Positions 59,871 to 64,000 of a stretch of DNA of 64,000 nucleotides are shown here, piece by piece (position 1 is the stretch's first letter; the number at the start of each line of letters is the position of its first letter). The notes beneath the pieces are model-generated. The model worked only from the letters and a program-made list of their open reading frames with translations, did no database searches and was not told the origin of the DNA. The DNA is from Bacteroidales bacterium. GTDB lineage: Bacteria; Bacteroidota; Bacteroidia; Bacteroidales; UBA12077. The stretch spans positions 8,171 to 72,170 of the forward strand of contig DAOWGM010000095.1 of assembly GCA_030637515.1 (NCBI GenBank), read 5' to 3'. Position numbers and translations under genes: made by a program.

Positions 59871-61958
59871 ATGAAAAAATTACAATTATTAACGGGAGCA
59901 TTCCTAATTCTAACTGTTCTTTCATGTACTAGTGAAAAAGGGAAAGTTGTAAAAGAAAATCCTGTTGATGAAATAATACTCACATCTGACATAATGACTC
60001 CCGAAGTCTTGTGGGCATTTGGAAGAGTTAGTGCAGTAGAAGTTTCTCCAGATAACAAAACTGTTTTATTTGGAGTTTCATTTTACAATATTGAAGAAAA
60101 CAGAGGTAATCGTGAGTTATTTATCATACCTTCAGATGGAGGAGAAGCTGTAAACATAACAAAAACGGAATCGGGTGAATATTCAGCTCAGTGGAGACCT
60201 GACGGTAAAAAAATCGGATTTTTAAGTGCAGAGTCTGGAAGCCTACAGTTATGGGAAATGAATCCTGATGGTAGTAACAGAACACAAATTTCGGATATCG
60301 AAGACGGAATTAATGGGTTTAAATACTCTCCTGATCAAACTAAACTTGTTTTTATTAAGGATGTAAAACTTGATGAAACACCTAATGAACTGCATCCTGA
60401 TCTTCCTAAAGCAGAAGCCAGAATAGAAACGGATCTTATGCACAGACATTGGGACAGATGGCATGATTATGCTTACAGTCATATTTTTATTGCTAATTAT
60501 GATGGGAAATCTCTCGGCAATAATTATGATATAATGGAAACTGAAAAGTTTGATAGCCCAATGAATCCTTTTGGAGGAATGGAACACATCAACTGGAGTC
60601 CTGACGGTAAAAAAATTGCTTATACATGCAAGAAGATGTCAGGAAGAGATTATACACTTTCTACTAATTCTGCAATTTACATTTACAATATTGATTCAAA
60701 AGAAACAGAGAATATTACTGAAGGACTAAATGGTTATGATGTAAGCCCTGTTTTTTCACCAGATGGTAATATGATTGCATGGGAAAGTATGGAGCGTGAT
60801 GGTTACGAGTCGGATCAAAACAGGTTATTCATAATGAATTTTGAGACAGGCGAAAAGAAAGATTATACAGCTAATTTTGATCAAGATGTGCATGGTTTAG
60901 TATGGACTCCTGAAAGTAACTCGATCTATTTTACCAGTGATTATCATGCAAGATTTCAAATTTACAATCTAAATATTGAAACCGAAGAAGTAAAACAAAT
61001 TACTGATGGTGTGCATAACTACCGTTCGGTTCAGCCATGTGGAAATAAACTTATCGGATCGAAACAAAGCATGACATATCCAACAGAAGTTTTTGCCATA
61101 AATTCTGAGAATGGTGAAGAAACTCAGTTATCTTTTATAAATGAAAATCTTCATGATCAGTTAACGTATGGTAAAGTTGAAGAAAGATGGGTAAAAACTA
61201 CCGATAATAAAGATATGTTGGTTTGGGTAATTTATCCACCAAACTTTAATCCTGAGAAAAAATATCCTGCCCTACTTTATTGTCAGGGTGGTCCTCATGG
61301 TTCTGTAAGTCAGTTTTACTCGTTCCGTTGGAATTTCCAAATGATGGCTGCAAATGATTATATTATTGTTGCTCCAAACAGACGCGGTCTTCCTTCTTTC
61401 GGGAAAGAATGGAACGATCAGATTTCTGGTGATTATGGTGGCCAGAATATGAAAGATTATTTTAGTGCAATTGATGCTGTTTCCAAAGAGCCATTTGTTG
61501 ACGAGAATAATCTTGGAGCTGTTGGTGCCAGTTACGGAGGATTTTCTGTTTTCTGGATTGCAGGAAATCACGAAGGTCGATTCGATGCATTTATTTCTCA
61601 TGACGGAATCTTCAATTTTGAATCTATGTATCTTGAAACCGAAGAAATGTTTTTTATAAACTGGGATATTGGTGGTCCATACTGGGATAAAGAAAATAAA
61701 AAGTCGTATGATAATTCACCACATAAATTTGTAAAAAATTGGGATACTCCAATAATGGTTGTTCATGGTGAAAAAGATTATCGCATTGTTTATACGCAAG
61801 GCATGAGCGCTTTCAATGCTGCACGTCTTCGTAATATTCCAGCAAAATATTTGCATTTTCCTTATGAAAACCACTGGGTACTAAAACCACAAAATGGAAT
61901 CCTTTGGCAAAGAGAATTCTATAGCTGGCTTGATCAATGGCTTAAAGATGAAAATTAA
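59871..61958 (+). CDS. S9-family serine peptidase (prolyl oligopeptidase/dipeptidyl aminopeptidase-like) with N-terminal beta-propeller
   Basis: It has a lipoprotein-like signal (LTVLSC) and PD40-like repeats (WSPDGKKI x2). The catalytic motifs are GASYGG (Ser), VVHGEKDYRIV (Asp) and ENHWV (His). Confidence 0.85.
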   Translation: MKKLQLLTGAFLILTVLSCTSEKGKVVKENPVDEIILTSDIMTPEVLWAFGRVSAVEVSPDNKTVLFGVSFYNIEENRGNRELFIIPSDGGEAVNITKTESGEYSAQWRPDGKKIGFLSAESGSLQLWEMNPDGSNRTQISDIEDGINGFKYSPDQTKLVFIKDVKLDETPNELHPDLPKAEARIETDLMHRHWDRWHDYAYSHIFIANYDGKSLGNNYDIMETEKFDSPMNPFGGMEHINWSPDGKKIAYTCKKMSGRDYTLSTNSAIYIYNIDSKETENITEGLNGYDVSPVFSPDGNMIAWESMERDGYESDQNRLFIMNFETGEKKDYTANFDQDVHGLVWTPESNSIYFTSDYHARFQIYNLNIETEEVKQITDGVHNYRSVQPCGNKLIGSKQSMTYPTEVFAINSENGEETQLSFINENLHDQLTYGKVEERWVKTTDNKDMLVWVIYPPNFNPEKKYPALLYCQGGPHGSVSQFYSFRWNFQMMAANDYIIVAPNRRGLPSFGKEWNDQISGDYGGQNMKDYFSAIDAVSKEPFVDENNLGAVGASYGGFSVFWIAGNHEGRFDAFISHDGIFNFESMYLETEEMFFINWDIGGPYWDKENKKSYDNSPHKFVKNWDTPIMVVHGEKDYRIVYTQGMSAFNAARLRNIPAKYLHFPYENHWVLKPQNGILWQREFYSWLDQWLKDEN

Positions 61959-61974
61959 TACTAACTCAATAATA

Positions 61975-62012
61975 AAAAGGCCGTTATCAGTTGATAACGG
62001 CCTTTTGTTTTT
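61975..62012 (+). terminator. Rho-independent terminator after the S9 peptidase gene
   Basis: aaaa-ggccgttatc-agtt-gataacggcc-ttttgttttt has a perfect 10-bp stem and a T-tract, 17 nt after the stop codon. Confidence 0.8.
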
Positions 62013-62069
62013 ACAATTTAAATCATGTAAATTTAAAGCAGAATAGGTTTATTTAATTAATCTGTAATT

Positions 62070-62459
62070 ATGGAAACTGTTTTTCACTTTATATTAATGG
62101 TCGTTTTTCTGATTATTTATGTTTTGGCATTTATAATCGTTAAACCATTTCTTTTAAATTATAAAAGGCTCATTTCAACCATAAGTTTAAAGATTTCGTA
62201 TTTAATTTACTTAGCAACACTTCTTATTTGTGTTTACCTTTTTATGTTTTATGGCCCTAATGATATTGAAAATAAACTGAGTGAGATCTTCTTTTTTGTG
62301 CTATTAGTGTGTTTATTCATACCGAACCTTGGAATTCTGTTTCGCAGAAATATTAAAGTACACAGAGTAATTTACAATTACCTTTTCTCGGCAATCAATC
62401 TTTCAATTACAATATTTATTATATATAAGCTTGATCAGTTTGACTGGTTTATTTTTTAG
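62070..62459 (+). CDS. Small polytopic membrane protein, unknown function
   Basis: 129 aa with about 4 hydrophobic helices. Confidence 0.4.
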   Translation: METVFHFILMVVFLIIYVLAFIIVKPFLLNYKRLISTISLKISYLIYLATLLICVYLFMFYGPNDIENKLSEIFFFVLLVCLFIPNLGILFRRNIKVHRVIYNYLFSAINLSITIFIIYKLDQFDWFIF

Positions 62460-62463
62460 CCTA

Positions 62464-63384
62464 TCAGGAGTTTAACAAGTCCAGAATTCTATCTGTTTTT
62501 TCTTTCATCGAGGCATATCCATCCAACCAGTATATTTTGAATCCTTTTTTTTCCATTCCTCGAAACCAAGTCATTTGCCTTTTAGCAAATTGATGAATTG
62601 CTGTTTCAAGCAGTTTAAACATTTCATCATGAGAGATTTCGCCAATAATATACTTTGTTATAAACTTATATTCTAAACCATAATACATAAGAGTTTCAGC
62701 AGAAACACCATTATCAAGAATACGCTTAACCTCATCAACCATTCCTTCATCAAGACGTTGCTTTAATCGCTCAGTAATACGCTTTCTTCGTGAGTTTCGG
62801 TCATATTTCACCCCTACAATCAAAGACTTAATTTCAGGAAAATAATCGTCAATTTCACTTGATTCAATGTAAAATGTTTCAATTTCAATTGCTCTTATCA
62901 ATCTTTTCTTAGAACTTGTATCGGAAGTGTTATGTGGCTTCTTAAACGAATTAAAGATTTCTATTAATTCTTCAGTTGATTTAGCTTCAAGATTAGCTCG
63001 TAGTTCTTCATTAGATGGAACTTTTATAAGTTTATACCCTTTTAAAACTGCATCTAAATACATTCCGGAACCACCACAAAAAACAGGAAATACATTTCTA
63101 TTTTTTAAATCTGAGTATACCTTCAGAAAATCCTGCTGATATTCAAATACATTATACTTATATCCAGCATCAACAATATCAATAAGATGATATGGAATCT
63201 CCTTATCATCAACACAGTAATCCTCCAAGTCTTTACCAGTTCCTAAATCCATTCCCCGATAAACCTGTCTTGAATCGGCACTAATAATTTCACCATTTAA
63301 AATATGCGCCATTCTTGCTGCTACTGATGTTTTTCCACCTGCAGTTGGCCCTAAAATAGTAAGCATATCATATTTAAAACTCAT
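62464..63384 (-). CDS. miaA: tRNA dimethylallyltransferase MiaA
   Basis: ILGPTAGGKTSVA (P-loop), ISADSRQVYRGMDLGTGK, PYHLIDI, GGSGMYL and FAKRQMTWFR are all present. Confidence 0.9.
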   Translation of the reverse strand: MSFKYDMLTILGPTAGGKTSVAARMAHILNGEIISADSRQVYRGMDLGTGKDLEDYCVDDKEIPYHLIDIVDAGYKYNVFEYQQDFLKVYSDLKNRNVFPVFCGGSGMYLDAVLKGYKLIKVPSNEELRANLEAKSTEELIEIFNSFKKPHNTSDTSSKKRLIRAIEIETFYIESSEIDDYFPEIKSLIVGVKYDRNSRRKRITERLKQRLDEGMVDEVKRILDNGVSAETLMYYGLEYKFITKYIIGEISHDEMFKLLETAIHQFAKRQMTWFRGMEKKGFKIYWLDGYASMKEKTDRILDLLNS

Positions 63385-63450
63385 AAAACTTAGAATTAAT
63401 AACCAAAGTTAAAGTAAATAAATAACTTTGCATCTGGTAAAAAATATTAC

Positions 63451-63897
63451 ATGCAAAATATTAATATAAGAAATAAGAAAGCCGGATTTAATTTTACATT
63501 AATTGAAAAGTACATTGCAGGAATTAAACTTACAGGTACTGAAATTAAATCTATCAGGTTGGGTAAAGCGAATATGGGTGATGCTTATTGCATTTTCTAC
63601 AATAATGAGCTTTTTATTCGTGGACTTTCAATTTCTGAATACAGTTTCGGCACACATAGCAATCATGAACCGAGTCAGGACAGAAAACTTCTTCTGAATA
63701 AGAAGGAATTAAAGAAGCTTGAAAGAAAGTCAACAGTCAAAGGACTCACAATAGTAGCAATTCGTCTATTTATTAATGACAGAGGATGGGCTAAAGTTGA
63801 AATTGCGCTTGCAAAAGGAAAACAAGAATTTGATAAGCGTGAAACCATTAAACAAAAAGATCTTAATCGAGATATGGATCGAATACGAAAGTATTAA
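63451..63897 (+). CDS. smpB: SsrA-binding protein SmpB
   Basis: NKKAGFNFTLIEKYIAGIKLTGTEIKSIR..., HEPSQDRKLLLNKKELKKL and KVEIALAKGKQEFDKRE match SmpB. Confidence 0.92.
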   Translation: MQNINIRNKKAGFNFTLIEKYIAGIKLTGTEIKSIRLGKANMGDAYCIFYNNELFIRGLSISEYSFGTHSNHEPSQDRKLLLNKKELKKLERKSTVKGLTIVAIRLFINDRGWAKVEIALAKGKQEFDKRETIKQKDLNRDMDRIRKY

Positions 63898-64000
63898 ACC
63901 GATTACGGCTCTTTTTTGCTTTTTTAAATTAACAAATTAAAAAACCAAGTACTTTTTGACTCAGCTTTTAGCTTTTCTAATATCGCTAACAACTTCGCCA

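Overview
This is an AT-rich bacterial chromosome segment, most likely Bacteroidota. That guess is an inference from BACON/PKD-like domains, many lipoprotein-type signal peptides, and GTCAYNCTGAG...TCGAAGNRTGAC-type intergenic palindromes. All calls rest on motif recognition by eye on the supplied ORF track and sequence; no searches were run. The window has three blocks. (i) About 0.5-15.9 kb looks like an accessory, defence-like region. It holds a secreted endonuclease I, a small cassette with an EEP nuclease, and a membrane protein paired with a nucleoside 2-deoxyribosyltransferase-like protein. It also holds a translationally coupled five-gene operon that reads as SspB-SspC-SspD (DNA phosphorothioation) followed by a DUF262-only protein and a complete Hanks-type Ser/Thr kinase. 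(ii) About 16-52.8 kb is one co-directional (minus strand) type II secretion / type IV pilus-like locus: pilin, prepilin peptidase, GspE ATPase, secretin, PilM/N/O-like proteins, pseudopilins and GspF. Two modules are embedded in it, each pairing a giant signal-peptide-bearing RHS/YD toxin with a giant SpvB/TcB-N-like protein, plus candidate immunity genes, an Skp-like chaperone and one IS insertion. Both toxin operons are preceded by a homologous 278-nt leader containing palindromes with symmetry-preserving substitutions. (iii) About 53-64 kb is housekeeping: tRNA-Ser(GCT), FKBP, FloA/NfeD, ClpS, Bcp, RecA, an S9 peptidase, MiaA and SmpB. The two best candidates for undescribed biology are the secretion-locus/RHS-TcB-like combination and the Ssp-like module with a DUF262 + kinase partner.
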